Of a DNA stretch of 64,000 bases, positions 1 through 14,158 are shown piece after piece. A model generated the notes under the pieces. The model had not been told where the DNA came from, ran no database searches, and worked only from the letters and a program-made list of their open reading frames with translations. The stretch comes from Chiloscyllium plagiosum (Eukaryota). The stretch's first letter is position 1; the number at the start of each line of letters is the position of its first letter. The stretch spans positions 52,118,238 through 52,182,237 of the forward strand of contig NC_057718.1 in assembly GCF_004010195.1 (NCBI RefSeq), given 5' to 3'. Both the position numbers and the translations under genes were made by a program.

Positions 1-286
1 GCAGCACTGTCCCCGTGACTTGTCCTATCTGCCTATCTTCTTTTCCACCTATCCACTCCACCCTCCCCCCCCCAACCTATCACCTTCATCCCCCCCACCC
101 GCCCCACTCACCTATTATACTCTATGCTACTTCCTCCCCATCCCCACCCTCCTCTCACTTATCTCTCCACCCTTCAGGCTCTCTGCTTGTATTCCTGACT
201 AAGGGCTTTTGCCTGAAACGTCGATTTTACTGCTCTTCGGATGCTGTCTGAACTGCTGTGCTCTTCCAGCACCACTAATCCAGAAT
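1..286 (+). mobile_element. Penelope-like element 3' terminal (pseudo-LTR) fragment with a degenerate hammerhead motif
   Basis: C-rich tract followed by ctgactaagggcttttgcctgaaacgtc...gatgctgtctgaactgctgtgctcttccagc. The same family occurs at 4612, 14255 (reverse), 20821 and 35574. Confidence 0.65.
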
Positions 287-1366
287 TTGCATAAAGAACT
301 GGCTCAAAGATAGAAGACAGAGGGTGGTGGTGGAGGGTTGTTTTTCAGACTGGAGGATTGTGACCAGTGGGGTGCCACAAGGATCAGTGCTGGGTCCTCT
401 AGTTTTTGTCATTTCCATAAATGATTGGGATGCGAGCATAAGTGGTACAGCTAGTAAGTTTGCAAATGACACCAAAATTGGAGGTGTAGTGGACAGCGAA
501 GAGGGTTACCTCAGATTACAACAGGATCTTGACCAGATGGGCCAATCGGCAGAGAAATGGCAGATGTAGTTTAATTCAGATAAATGCGAGGTGCTGCATT
601 TTGGGAAAGCAAATCTTTGCAGGATGCATACACTTAATGGTAAGGTCCTAGGGGGTGTTGCTGAACAAAGAGACCTTGGAGTGCAGGCTTTTTGAAAGTG
701 GAGTCGCAGGTAGATAGGATAGTGAAGAAGGCATTTGGTATGTTTTCCTTTGTTGGTCAGAGTATTGAGTACAGGAGTTGGGAGGTCATGTTGCGGCTGT
801 ACAGGACATTGGTTAGGCCACTGTTGGAATATTGCGTGCAGTTCTGGTCTTCCCCCTGTAAGAAGGATGTTGTGAAACTTGAAAGGGTTCAGAAAAGATT
901 TACAAGGATGTTGCCAAGGTTGGAGTATTTAAGCTACAGGGAGAGGCTGAACAAGCTGGGGCTGTATTCTCTGGAGCATCGAAGGCTGAGGGGTGACCTT
1001 ATAGAGGTTTACAAAATTATGAGGGGCATGGATAGGGTAAATAGGCAAAGTCTTTTCCCTGGGGTCAGGGAGTCCAGAACTCGAGGGCATAGGTTTAGGG
1101 TGAGAGGGGAAAGATATAAAAGGGACCGAAGTGGCAACGTTTTTACACAGAGGGTGCTACGAGTATGGAATGAGCTGCCAGAGGAAGTGATGGAGGCTGG
1201 TACAATTGCAACATTTAAAAGGCATTTGAATGGGTATATGAATAGGAAGGGTTTGGAGGGATATGGGCCGGGTGCTGGCAGGTGGACTAGATTGGGTTGG
1301 GATATCTGGTCAGCATGGACAGGTTGGACAGAAGGTCTGTTTCTATGTTGTACATCTCTATGACTC
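287..1366 (+). mobile_element. 5'-truncated CR1/HER1-type LINE (RT C-terminal part and 3' tail), disrupted
   Basis: ORFs 324-569 (SGVPQGSVLGP, KFANDTK) and 692-1363 (RPLLEYCVQFWS, LERVQKRFTRMLP, RRLRGDLIEVYKI). Ends in the ctctatgactct tail. Confidence 0.95.
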
Positions 1367-1539
1367 TCTCCTTGGTCCTCCCCTCTCCCTCCATGCCCCA
1401 TTCTCCCTCGTGCAGCACCAGCTGGAATCAGAAGTTGTGATTTGCACAAATAGCATTTCCAGTTTGGGCCAACAAGAGAGCCAAACTGGATGACAACAAG
1501 GGGTGGAAATAGTGAGGCAAATAGTTCATGTAAGATGTG

Positions 1540-2138
1540 TGATGTGGGAGGGGACACAAAGGGAGTTCGGGGAGGAGGACAGCAACAAAGAATGTGGGGT
1601 CTGGATCCCAGGAGGGGAAGAGGAAATAGTTGTTTAATGGTTTGGGGGGAGGATGTTGATGGGGTCACATTCCTAGGGATGGAGGAAGTGAGGGTGGAAG
1701 GGTATGATGCAACCTCAAGCCTCAGGGAAAGAGGGAATGGTGCAGATCCAAGCCAATGAGAGGAAGAAATTAGTATAGCTCCGAGACTCACAGAGGGAGT
1801 GTGTGTTGTAGCCCTGAGCCTGGGTGTGGGTAAAGCAAGGATTGGTGTAGACCTAAGCCTGAGGGAGGAGACATTGAAGCCCAAGGTCGAAAGAAAAGAA
1901 ATGGTGACAATTGTTGTCCCAGGTCTGAGGAAAGAAGGTGGTGGCATTACCTTGGGCAGGGAGGAGTTTGTGTAGCCCTGAGACTCACAGAGGGAGGGGG
2001 AGGTTGTTGCCCGTGTTCTTGGGCTAGGGAAGTGGAGGAAGTGGTGTTACAGCTATATCCAAGAGAGGGACAAGGGAATGGGATGTTGTGACTGTGAATC
2101 TAATCAAGGATGAATTCTAACCCTGAGCCTAGGGAGAG
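1540..2138 (+). repeat. Decayed purine-rich tandem array with a recurrent (gt)gtagccctgag(a/c)ct..gggag motif
   Basis: The motif recurs near 1707, 1773, 1808, 1846, 1971 and 2118, with strong G/A strand bias. Confidence 0.5.
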
Positions 2139-2139
2139 T

Positions 2140-2454
2140 GATTAGATTAGATTCCCTACAGTGTGGAAACAGGTCCTTCAGCCCAACCAGTCCACACTAA
2201 CCCTCCGAAGAGTAACCCACCCAGACCCATTTCACTCTGACTAATGCACCTAACACTATGGGCAATTTAGCATGGCCAATTCGCCTGACCTGCACATCTT
2301 TTGGATTGTGGGAGGAAACCGAGCACCCAGAGGAAACCCATGTCAACACAGGGAGAACGTGCAAACTCCACACAGCCAGTCACCCGAGGCTGGAATTGAA
2401 CCTGGGATCCTAGTGCTGTGAGGCAGCAGTGCTAACCACTGAGCCACCATGCCG
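2140..2454 (-). mobile_element. tRNA-derived V-SINE (HE1-like)
   Basis: Reverse complement gives a tRNA-like head (ggtggctcagtggttagc A box; ggttcaattcc B box), a central gtggagtttgcacgttctccc domain and a (tctaa)n tail. Confidence 0.9.
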
Positions 2455-2989
2455 TGGGAAAGAATGTAGCACACATTTGGAGGCCTGGTGGGCATGTGGG
2501 TTAGTGAGGCACTCAAGCACAGTCAGTATATTTTCAGTAGGCCTGAATGGGATAGCCTGAGTGTTGAGTTTTCTTAACCCCAGTACGACACGAAAGGCAT
2601 TTGGTGGAGAATTGATGTGTGGTATGAATTGGAAATCTGTGGTTCTGAGGCACACATTAAGAGCGACAATTTCTCTTTCACTTTTTTTTATTCTCACGAT
2701 TTTTTGCCTTTCTCTCATCTTGCCCCTTTAAATATAAAGCTTACTGGGATATATAACTACCTTGATAGTAACGCAGCCTCGACATTGAATAAGATCACAG
2801 CCTGGGTTATGGTGATACATTTCAAGAAGAGCTTAATGACAGAAATATTCACTCTACATGGCAGCAGGTTAAACTGTGCTGTTTTCCCCCAAAACAGCTG
2901 ATGACATCACATGCTCAAACTCATAAAGTGACAGTCCGACATACTTATATAAAAACACAACACCTCCTATCAGTAATGTATTGAGTTCC

Positions 2990-3300
2990 TCCTTGATTTA
3001 GATGGCATTATATAGGTCGTGGGGATAACACGGGTCTTCTTTAGCATTCTGGTCATGCTGCTCCACCAGCTCCAAGATCTGAATGGTCAGGTTTTCAAGA
3101 AGTGACCAACTAGTGACTATTTGGAAAGGACTTCCAGGCTCTGATTCCAGGGACAGTGAAGGAATGGATTCCAGTGACAGTTCCATGTCAGCATGATGTA
3201 TAGCTTGGAGGGGAACTTGGAGCTGGTGGTGGTCCCACAAATCTGTTGTCCTTCTCCTTATAGGTGATTGGGGTCACAGATTTGGAAGTGCTCAGGAATC
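2990..3300 (-). mobile_element. Old second-family LINE 3' fragment
   Basis: ggcttggaggggaacttg..ggtggtggt motif shared with the 28.6k, 34.0k, 47.1k and 54.0k copies. Confidence 0.55.
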
Positions 3301-4611
3301 TCAGTGATTTGACAGTTTTCAATATATGCTTTAAATTTTAAATGCAATGCACTTTTATTTCTCTGAAATTGCTGCATTCATCTTACTTTGGTTATTTATT
3401 TATTACTCTTACACCCCGTTCCTTTGGTGGACCATTCTTCACTTTTTTTCCACAGTTAGTAGCCTGGTGTGTAGTTTCTAAAGAAGATGTGACGGGGGAG
3501 AGGACACAGTTTACCCTGACAGAGAAGGCACAGAAGTCAACACGTGAAGAGAGCTCTGAGGTCACTCTGGCAGTATGGGCACTTGAGAGGTGCCAGAGAA
3601 TGTTTTAGAAGAAGGGCAACATGCCAGTTGAAATGGAAGGGATAGGGAAGCGTCTGGAAAAGTTTTGAAAACATCTGGCAAGATTCGTTCATTTTTGTTC
3701 ATGTCATCATCTGTGGAAAGCTGCATTTGATGCTTGTATACCTACATACACAATTTAACAAGCTGTGATCACTTTCAAACTCTTGGCTACTTGAAAGTGA
3801 TTATCTACAAACTGGATTTGTTCCAAGACACTCTGCAGTAGTTGCAAGCACTTCAGGGCATGATCAATGCTCATTTTGTTCTTGTAGGGACACAAGCATG
3901 TCACACACTGAGAATTCCACAAATAATGACACACCTTCTGACTCTCTAAAACTTGTCCAACATCTACAAGACAGAAGTTAGGATTGTGATGGGATTCTGT
4001 TCACTTGCTTTGACAAGTGTGGCTCCAACAACACTCGGATCTTGAGGTCACACAAGTCAAGTCACCCCACACACTAGCACCACCTGCACACAAATAACAA
4101 GTGTGAATGGTCTCCAGCACACTGCAGCAACTCATTTTCAACAGCAGATTTCAAACCCATGTCCATGTAAAAGTTGGTGCGGCTACCACATCAATGGTAC
4201 AATCAAAACTTCTGACTCTCAACAGTGAACTTGTTTGGATCTTGCTGATGTCCAGTGTGGGTTTTCCAGACCAAGTCAAGAAAATAACTTACGTAATTTG
4301 CGGGTATCTATCTGCCACTTCTACAGCTGTGGATATAATGCAGGCCTCCTTTCAGATCAATCTAATGCCTTTACTCAAAAAGCTTGCCCTGGATTTTATT
4401 GTTATATAGGCTTCCTACAAAGATGCCATGAAGGTTGATTTCTAAGATTTTGCCCTATTTGCAGTGATGAGTAATATTCTTTCATTTGTAGTGTGATCTA
4501 CAACATTATCACTTGTCAATTTTCTTTCATGGAATGCAATTTGAAGTGTAGTTTCATTCTTTGTTACGTCCAGATACTCATAAATTTCAGAAGAGTATAT
4601 GGTGTGCGGTC

Positions 4612-4738
4612 ATGTGGAAGGGCTTATGCCCGAAATGTCGATTCTCCTGTTCCTTGGATGCTGCCTGACCTGCTGTGCTTTTCCAGCAACACATTTTCAG
4701 CTCTGATCTCCAGCATCTGCAGTCCTCACTTTCTCCCC
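4612..4738 (+). mobile_element. Penelope-like terminal fragment with a partial hammerhead motif
   Basis: gaagggcttatgcccgaaatgtcgattctcctg...cagcatctgcagtcctcactttctcc; same family as 35574. Confidence 0.7.
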
Positions 4739-7700
4739 TAATTAGTATGGAGACTATCATCTGTCTTATTTGTTTTCAGCCCAATGTCGGAACTTCCTTC
4801 AAAATTACACATGTCCTCTTTGTTAGAGTTGAACTCCCCCATTGTACATACCCAAGTAGTGCTTGATTTTGTTGAAAAGTCAACCCCTGACTGTTAGCCA
4901 AAAACATCATTCAGTTTTCATTTATCTCACTTATAAGATAATCAACGACGTGATGCAGTAAATTCAAACTCTGTATGTGGCACGTGCACACTGTTGAGGT
5001 CAAATTCACCCTGGTCCAAACCCCACTTGGTGTAGGATCATTGAATAGCACACTATCATAGGTAGCAGTCCAGCTCTTCATGATGTGAAGGCTACTATCT
5101 TACTGGTGTGTGCTGGTTACTTTTGTTCTATTTTTACAGGTAGAAATTGCGGCAACATTTTTCAACTTGGTCCCTCTGCAATATTGAGATAGTGGGAGAC
5201 ACTGAATTTCAATCCTTTGAAACCATTTCTCATGTAAAACTCAACCACATAAATTTTGGGTAAAAATTTGATCTTTGAAACTCAATTTTTGCACAAGTAT
5301 ACACGGGATCTCCACTGCTTTATTTTTCAATTACATACTACAATGACTCATTGTGTATATGAATCTGTTCTGTGCCCATACAGCAAACTTTCATATTGCT
5401 CCTATTGCCTCAAAACCAACTTTAGAAGATTCAAACTGTTCTTCAGTGCTTAATTTCTCAAATGAAGTGCAAAAAAAAACTATATCCCAACTTTGTCGTT
5501 ATCTTACTGTTGTGTATTGCATGAAGACTACTACAAGCTCAATTGCAGGCAGCTATTATTCTAATAACACACTGTACGTGGATACTTTATGTCACTCTTC
5601 CTTGGAACTAGGTCACTGCTCCCTCATTGGCATTCAGACTAACTACCAGAACACCCTCCTTAACAGGAAAGTAAGTGTTTTGATCATAGTGAAAATAGAC
5701 TATCAATATTTGATTGTCTTAATTTGACTTCAATGCCTGAGACTTTTGATGGTCTAAAAATTTTTCCATAAAGAAAAAATGCAGATCTGAAATGGTTGCT
5801 GCGATCTCCTGACTATATTTAGCCAAATTCATGAACTCATCAGTAGACAAGGATCAGTCTTATCCCATATAAATATCATTATAAAAGCTCACTGATATTC
5901 TTATCTGTATCTCCTGGTCGATTGACATTTTTTGGAAGTCACACAATGAGATGAAAGGTTATTTGCAGCATATTCAAAATGATGAACAGACTCTAGAATA
6001 TTAACATAGTCCTTTACTGACAGCTGCCTCTGAGCATCAGTGAGAGACAAAGGGAAAATTGATTTGTAAGCAAGAACTGGGAGACATGCTCTTAGCTTGT
6101 CTTTTCTGCAATCTCAGCCTCAAGCTCAGGTTCTACCCAGTAAATGAACAACCGCAACTTGAAACTACAATCCTTCATAGAGATCCTTTCCCCAAACTAA
6201 ACTAACAGTGTGAAACATTTTAAAAATCCAGATATTTTTGTGAAGGTTATGAACTTTCTTTTTGCTGTGACCAAGAATTCAACATATCCTTTTGCCTAAA
6301 GCTTGCTGACTCTCATGTTTTCACTTTTGTATAACCTTCCTATCTTAATAGAATCAATTGTGTTTCCAAACAATTTGAAAGATGAAGCAACCAAAATTAT
6401 TGAGCTGGCTTTATTTTCTAATTAAAACAGGGCTAGGTCACATTCTAGAACCATTTCTCAATAGGCGAAACCTTGCTACCTATTGAATTTAATTAAGCGA
6501 CTGAGCATCCATCTTCCTGATTTCTAAGACAATTCCATTGTTGTTCAAAATTTAATTGCATTACATTTTCATCTTTGTGTTTTAACTCATGTCATAGAAG
6601 TCCTAAGTAATATGCGTCAGTGTAATTTGGAAATCTGAAAAAAAGTTTGAATTTTATGGTGGATGTCCAGATTTCAATGTTGTGGTTAAAGGCATACTGG
6701 AAGCCTGCACTTGCTGGCAGTGAGACCTGCTCAGCATGTTTTAGCACAGAAGACCTCCAAGTACCCACTGTCCAATAAGCAGAGTAGACAGGCTTTTGTA
6801 ACTGATGACCTTTCAGAGGGACAGGTGCCATTTAAAAAGAATTTGGGGGTAGGGTCGAAGAGGAAACCCTTCTCTAGAAATAATAGAGGATATGTTGGCT
6901 ACATTACCTGAGCATGCCTTGCCCCAACGCTTTTAGACTATTGAGCATTCACCCACTTTTGGCAAAATAGTGAAGACACCCTAAAATGGTCTTTAATTCA
7001 GCCATTAATTGTGCAAAATGGCTACTCATTTCCTTAGAACAGGTAGCCACCCTGCAGCCGGTCCCACTGCTGATAATATGTCCATGTGGTGGGTCCATGT
7101 TTCCCCACACTTTCTGTGGTCTGTAAAATCCTAGCCAACAGATGAAGCATACTAATTTTCGTAGCAAACCCATGACACACACTTTCAAAGAAATAGAGAC
7201 TGATGAGTGCAAAGGCTCTTTTCCTGAACCTTTGTCAAGCCAAAAAAACCCCAGCTATCATAGTTTGAGATTTGCTTTGAACTCTTGTATCAAATCCACA
7301 CTCTTACAGATCAATGTAAATGTCACTTGTTTTTCTGTCGACAGTTATAATGATGAGGGATGCTGTGGTTTAATAAATTTATTTAGACAAAGTTCGATAG
7401 GAAATTAATTAACGATAATATTCTTATACATCAACAGCAAAAACAACCTGTGACTTTTGAGCAATACTATGTAAAATGTGTGCTTCTTGCAAACACCCAA
7501 TTATTTACCAAAGGTGATTAATCATATAGCACGTAATCATAAAATGTTCACAGTTAGAAACATAGTTTTGAAGAACCTGAACTTGAAACAAAGTAATCTC
7601 TATAAACAAAAGTGCTAAGAGGGCTGAAAACTCCTTTCTGAAATGTGAAATTAACAGCAGAACCTGTTTTTCTAACAATATCTTATCATGATACAGCCAG

Positions 7701-9404
7701 ATTCCCAAGACTGCTCTGTTAAACTCCTGCCACAATTTTAGTGGGAATACCACAGAAATATTTGTCAACCCGCCTGGATTGACTTGAGTGTCCAGAAATT
7801 AAAGGTCAATCTCATGGATACCCAAGGCCGGGTTTGGCAAAACATTCTGCTGTTCTCCCACCTCGGAGACTCATCCAAAATGTTCTTATTTTAATTTTCC
7901 TGGAACATTTTTATTTCATAGTTCTGAAAACACTGAAAGCGATTAAAAGAGCGCTTGACTGATTGTTGAGAATCACTGAATATTGATGTTATGAAAAATC
8001 TGTTCATTTTTTACATGGCTTAAGGTGATGGCACATGCTGAAGGTGGATATGCCAAGTACTAATGGCCAAATAATGCAGTTAGAAGCAGGAGGCCACATG
8101 ATCAGACCATCAGGAATGTGTTCAACAACAGTTGGCAAATCCACTTTCGAAATTACTTAGAAAAAGGCCACAAGCTATGTGAAGCTATTGGAGCCACTAA
8201 CTGAAGAATATGGGCAGAATTTCCAACCTGATATGTGGGTGAAAATGCAGGCAGGTGGCTGTGTAAATTTGTACTGCCAACTGAATATGTCACGCACCAT
8301 CACCATCTGCTGCTAGGCCATATTTGAGGGCAGGTTTGCATATTTTATGTTCTGAAGGCCAATTCTGAGGGGTTATCTGGAATATTCCAGTTGACTCCAA
8401 TCCCCCGTCGCATCAGGAGCAGGTCAACTGCTTGAGGGTATCCTTGAGCCCACCACAGCTATACTCACATGCAATTCTCCACAATGGTGGCCCCGATGAG
8501 CATGGACATTTTATATTTTAGGTTTGTTCATGTTCCTTAGTATGGCATCTCAAAATACAGGCATCCTCTCTCCCCCTTCCTGGCAAAGGCACTTTGCAGC
8601 TCCTATAGACAACTAACTCTCCAACTCAAGAACTTATGCCAACAAATCTACCAGCTCGACAAACAATGAATCCAACCAGCTACAGATCTTCACAAAAACT
8701 TTAAACTTAGCCATTATCTAGTACAGAATAGAAAGCAGTCCTCTGGCCAATAATAGGCTAATTTGTGCAAAATCAAGTCCATCAAGGCCAGGCTAAATAT
8801 GAACTTTTATTAAAATTGCTATCTTTATAAAATAATAAACATATCTCCAGCTGAATTTAATGTAAGTATAAAGCATTAATAAATATTTTCGCCACAAGAA
8901 AAATTATTGAACAATACATTCTTTTGCATAGATGAATTTCACTAGTTCATGGGAGAAATCATTTTTGTGATCATCCTAAAACCTCTTTTCTCAGAAACCT
9001 AAACTGTAACTTAATCAGTGCAGTTTCAGGTCCAATTTCCAGCAATTCTCTGATTGTATCCAAAGAGGAAATGTATTGATTCTACCACCAGAACTAATTT
9101 CCTGAAGAAATATAAATATAAAGTGCAGTTTGGAAATCATTTGCTTGTTTCAAGAGAGGAGCAAAGTGGTTTATTGGCAAGAAAACTTTATACAGTTGTG
9201 CTGTAGCCATGTGCCAATCTTTAATAATTTATCTCATGTTGACAAGAAACTCAATTAACAACAACTACTTATCTTGAGAAGGAACAAAGCAGAAAGAAGC
9301 TGCCACGTAGGCTTCCTGTTTTAAAGCTCTTGCACACATCTTCCAGATCAACAGAACAAAAGGATCTTTCTGAAAGCATCTCTCATCGAGAACATATAAA
9401 TATT

Positions 9405-9610
9405 TAAAAAAGGTAACGTCACCATCGTCCTGCTGGCTCATTAGAGAGAGATGGCAGGTGGTTGTTTAACCTGAAGGTCATCATACCTCAGGTGAGGGGA
9501 GATGTTGAGGATAGTCCTTTCTGGTAACCTCAGCCAGTGTAGTAATTGAACCCATGCTGTCAGCATTGCTCTGCATTGAAAAGCAGCTGTCCAGCCAACT
9601 GCACTAATTG
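9405..9610 (-). mobile_element. tRNA-derived SINE, second family, degenerate
   Basis: Reverse complement shows ttagtgcagttggctgg (A-box-like) and gggttcaattac (B-box-like). A related head lies at ~17962-18060 on the + strand. Confidence 0.55.
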
Positions 9611-10009
9611 TCCCCATATAAATGTGGAATTCTTTCACAAAGTTATGGTTTGGCTAACTTGAACAACATAACACAAGTTTCTGACCCATATTGCACCATG
9701 CTTTAATATACAGCTGTAATATTGACGCAATTTGTACCTCACAGCATCCAGGATTCTCTGGAACTTGTTTCTAAAGACCTGAGGGTATTCAGGTAGTACT
9801 TAGCGAGTTTTCTCCAGCGAGTTTTCTCCCTGTTTACTTGTTTTATTTGTTCTGATGCTGTCTAAGAAGTTCTAAATGGCCACTGGACAGAATGAACACT
9901 TTGTCATAATTCTGTGTCAATTCAAAATTGTTTAGCATGGGGCTATTAGGCCATCTAACGATTTCTAGTTCATTTGATGGTATGCTATCTGCCTACCAAA
10001 CCTAAAAGA

Positions 10010-10500
10010 AATTAATAGTAATGAGAATGTTTTCTCACAGTTGATTTCACTCTGGACAGATGTTTAGGTGAGTGGTTGGCAGAATTACTGTTCAAGTTAC
10101 TTGATTAAGATAGTGGACAGTAGAATGTCTATGGGTGTTGTTTATATGGGCTTCCACAAGGCATGATGAATTCCCATATAAGAAACTGTTAACCAAGATA
10201 GAAGCTGAAGGAATTCAGAACAAATTACTAATATGGCTGGGAAACTGATTGAGTGGCAGGTGACAGAAAGTAGGGATAATGTGTAACTACTCATATTGGC
10301 AGGATATGACTAGTGGCGTCTCATAAAGATCTTGTTAGGGCCTCAATTATTTACAGTTTGTTAATTTTAAATTTGAGATATGTCATTTTTTATTAAACAA
10401 GGCATATGGAGTTTGGTGACAGATCAGCTATGATCTCATTGAATGGCTGAACAGGCTCAAGAGGCTGAATGGCCTACTCCTGTTCTTATGGTCCTATTCC
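10010..10500 (+). mobile_element. Old CR1 RT fragment, internally deleted and joined to a 3' tail
   Basis: Degenerate D(V)VYMDF.KA-type region (gtgttgtttatatgggcttccacaaggca) followed by the tail gctgaatggcctactcctgttc. Confidence 0.6.
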
Positions 10501-10514
10501 ATAGACAGAAACCC

Positions 10515-10976
10515 CAAAGGATGTTGCCAGGATTAGAGGATTTGAGCTCTAGAGAGAGACTGAACAGGCTGGGGCTATTTTTCCTGGAGTGTCGGAGGCT
10601 GAGGGGTGACCTTATAGAGGTTTACAAACTTATGAGGGGCATGGATAGGGTAAATAGACAAAGTCTTTTCCCTGGGGTTGGGGAGTCCAGAACTCGAGGG
10701 CATAGGTTTAGGGTGAGAGGGGAAAGATATAAAAGACACCTAAGGGGCAACTTTTTCATACAGAGGGTGGTACGTGTATGGAAGTGGTGGAGGCTGGTAC
10801 AATTGCAACATTTAAGAGGCATTTGAATGGATATATGAATAGGAAGAGTTTGGAGAGATATGGGCCGGGTGCTGGCAGGTGGGACTATTTTGGGTTGGAA
10901 TATCTGGTCAGCATGGACGTGTTGGACTGAAGGGTCTGTTTCCATGCTGTACATCTCTATGACTCTATGACTCTAT
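10515..10976 (+). mobile_element. 5'-truncated CR1/HER1-type LINE 3' end
   Basis: ORF 10443-10826 is near-identical to the 692-1363 peptide; ends in a (ctctatga)n tail. Confidence 0.95.
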
Positions 10977-12059
10977 AATAGCAAGTAACCAGTGATGACA
11001 TAAGGAATCTTGTGGTACAGTTGTAGAGTCTTTATCTCTAGGTTAGAAGTTCTGATTTTAAGTCCCACTTGCCTAGGAGGTATGTCATAACAGGGAGTCT
11101 ATGTTGACAGGCAGCCCACATCCAACTGGGGAGCAGAGCTTCTGCCTGTGCTGTGGAATATTTTAAAGCATTAATTGACCTCTTAAGGAGTATTTGCAAT
11201 GGGGTCCCCAAAGCCCAAGATCTAAAGGTTGACCCTTATGAGCACATTTAACTATTAAAATGTCTGCAACCATTATGTAATCAATTTTGTCTGACAGGTT
11301 TCTGAAAGATATTTTCTGAACTGTAGATGAGCAAGATGAATTAATCTCAGAATTTTCAGCAAGAAATAAGGGACAGCAATTTTAAATCTGGTTTCAGTTC
11401 AATGAGCTGAGGAAACCAATCAAGTAAGACACATTTCCTTATTTGTTCATGTTGACTTTGGACATGCATTGGGCATTTGATTCAATTCTGTTTACTCAAT
11501 GAGAGTAGATTACTGACCAATCAAGTCATGTTTTCAACTGTAGCCTGAAATGAAACTGAAGCAAAGAGGTTAAGGATAATGATGAATTTTATTGTCATAG
11601 ATAGAGAGCAACCATTGGGGCATCATTTCCTGGTGCATAAACGTGGCAGTTAACTTTCAGGAAAAAAAATGTACACAGTTTTTTGAAAACAAATACAATC
11701 CCAAATCATGGTCGTCCCAATGGCTTAAATCTACATTAGCAAATTTTACTGAGGTTCAATTCAGCAGTACAACCTCTTTCTCTGACATAATAGCTCAGGA
11801 GTGCTGTTGACATAATTGGACAATTTAAGGCAAATGATTAATTATAAATACATTTAAACAAAATGTAAATGAAGAAATGGTATGAGTTTTTATGAAAGAT
11901 GGGAGGTTTATGTGGCTTATGAAAACAGCATGGACCTATTGAGCTCAAAGGCTCATTTCTGGGTGTAACTACTCTGTGATATTTTGGGATTTAAATGAAC
12001 TTAGTGCCTGCTTCAAGTAACCATCCAGGCTGTTGGTCACGAGGACCCTATCAAAATGC

Positions 12060-13850
12060 TCAGGCCGAAAGCTTACCATAAATTATGTTGGCTGTTACCA
12101 CCATCAACCTCCTCTTGATCTTTGGTAAGGTGATGAAAGGGCTCCTCAACATCTTATCAAGTGACATTTTTACATCAATAAGGGTGACACAGTGGCTAAG
12201 TGTTTGGCACTGCTGTGACACAACACCAGGGATCCGGGTATGATTCCACCCTTGGGCCACTGTCTATGTGGATTTTGCACCTTCTCCCCATGTCCGCGTG
12301 GGTTTCCTCCAGATGTTCTAGTTTCCTCCACAGTCCAAAGGTGAGCTGGCGAAGTTCATTGGCCATGCTAAATTGACCATTGTGATCAGGGATGCGTAGG
12401 TTTGGTGGATTGGCTATGGGAAATGCAGAGTTACAGGGAAAGGATGGAAGGGTGTGAGTCTGGGTGAGATGGGCTTTGGAGAATCGATATGGACTTGTTG
12501 GGCTGAAAGGCCTGTTTACACATTGTAGGGATTCTATGATCTATGATCTGCTCACTGATGTTTGGTTTCAGTACTGTAAGTGTCACTCAGATCCTGACCT
12601 CATTACAGCCTTGATTAAAACATAAGCAAATTAACTTAACTCAACAGGGAAAGATAGAGTAACTGCGTTTGAAATCAAGGCAGCATTTAACCAAGTGTAG
12701 TTTCAAAGAGCCCTTGCAAAATTTAAGTTAATGGGAACTTGTAGAAAACTTTTCACTGATTGCAGTCATTGTCAAACATAAAAAAGCTGTTGTGGTTATT
12801 GAGGAACGGTTGTCTTACACAGGACTTCATTGAAGGGGTTCTTCAGGGTAAATGTTTTAAATTGCTGGAGCAGTGGAACTTGAACTCTGACCTCCTGGCT
12901 CAGAGGTAGAGATATTACCACTGTCCCACAAGAGTTCCAAACTTCTAAGCATAATTTCCCAGACATAGCCATTTACACTGCTTCATTAAGTATCTTCCCT
13001 TTACCATAAAATCAGAATTGGTGATGCTTAATGATAACTGCAAAGTTGCACACCATTTATAAGTTATTAGATACTGAAACTGTCCATGTCTGCACACAAC
13101 AAGATGTGAACAACACTGAGGCCAGGGCTGATAAATGGCAAGTAACCTGAATGCAGGACAATAGCCATCTCTAACAAAAGAAAATATCATCACTCCTTGA
13201 CATTAAATAGCATTCTGTAACTGAATCCCCTACTCTTAAACTTCTGGGGGGTTTTATTGACCAAAAGTTGAACTGAATTGGTCATATAAATACCTTGGCT
13301 ATAAGAACAGGTTAGAATTCTAACAGTTCTGAGATGAGCAATGCACCTCCTATCTCCTCAAAGCATGCTCACCATTTACAAAGCACAGATCTGGAGTGTT
13401 GCAGAACACTCTCTAACTTCCCCAGTAGGTTTAGCCCCAAGTAAACTCAAGGTGCCAGGCTTTTTCAATAAGAAAGCAGTCTTATTAAATATTCATTTCC
13501 TTCGCCATCAATATACTTTGGCAGCAATTTATACAATCAACAATTGCACTGCAGCAACTCACAAAGGCTCCTTCAAGCACGCCACCACCCAAAAGGATAA
13601 GGGATAAAGTGGATCGGAACACAACGCTTTGCAAGTTCGCCTCAAACCTCACATCATGCTGAGTTGGAAATACAACACTGCTCCTTCACTGTTGCTGGAT
13701 CAAAATCCTGGAAGTCCCTTCCTAACAGCACAGTGGGAGGACCAGCATCAGATGGGCCGCAGTACTTCAAGAAGTCGCTCACTACTGACTTCTTAAAGGC
13801 AATAATAAATGCTGGCCTTGCCAGTGACTCTCACGTCCCATGAAAAATTA
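12060..13850 (+). mobile_element. Old second-family LINE (RT to 3' end), interrupted by a SINE
   Basis: Degenerate RT text (gaaatcaaggcagcatttaaccaagtgt; TIYKAQIWSVAEHS). The 3' tail aataaatgctggccttgccagtgactctcacgtcccatga is shared with 33.9k and 47.0k. Confidence 0.7.
12182..12547 (+). mobile_element. V-SINE (HE1-like)
   Basis: tRNA-like head, gggtttcctcc..agtttcctcc central domain, and a LINE-like tail ending ttctatgatctatgat. Confidence 0.85.
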
Positions 13851-13877
13851 GAGGGGATAAAAAAAGGTGATAATTAG

Positions 13878-14158
13878 AGAGCCTCATCACTATTGGCACT
13901 TAGACAAAATGAACCTTCCTTTTGGTTAAAAAAGCCCAATGTATACTTACAATTGTCGAGTCCAAAGCTGAATTTTCCATATCACTACAATTAGTTAATA
14001 TTAAATTAAAAACAAACATGATTAACGATAGGCAGAGCCTCATCACTATTGGCACTTAGACAAAATGAACCTTCCTTTTGGTTAAAAAAGCCCAATGTAT
14101 ACTTACAATTGTTGCGTCCAAAGCTGAATTGTAGTGTCCATATCACTACAATTAGTTA
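13878..14158 (+). repeat. Local ~120-bp duplication (13878-13997 and 14034-14158)
   Basis: agagcctcatcactattggc...cactacaattagtta occurs twice with a 36-bp spacer. Confidence 0.95.

Noticed and set aside
1009..1947. 312-aa minus-strand ORF
   Set aside because: Antisense to CR1 plus a low-complexity purine-rich tract; no protein features.
2400..2454. tRNA genes suggested by A/B boxes (also at 12182, 17962 and 44787)
   Set aside because: These are SINE heads continuous with SINE bodies, with no full cloverleaf.
8213..8780. Harbinger-type MITE (gggcagaattt... start); similar GC-richer tracts at 6700-7140 and 58635-59400
   Set aside because: The terminal inverted repeats are too degenerate to pair convincingly by eye.
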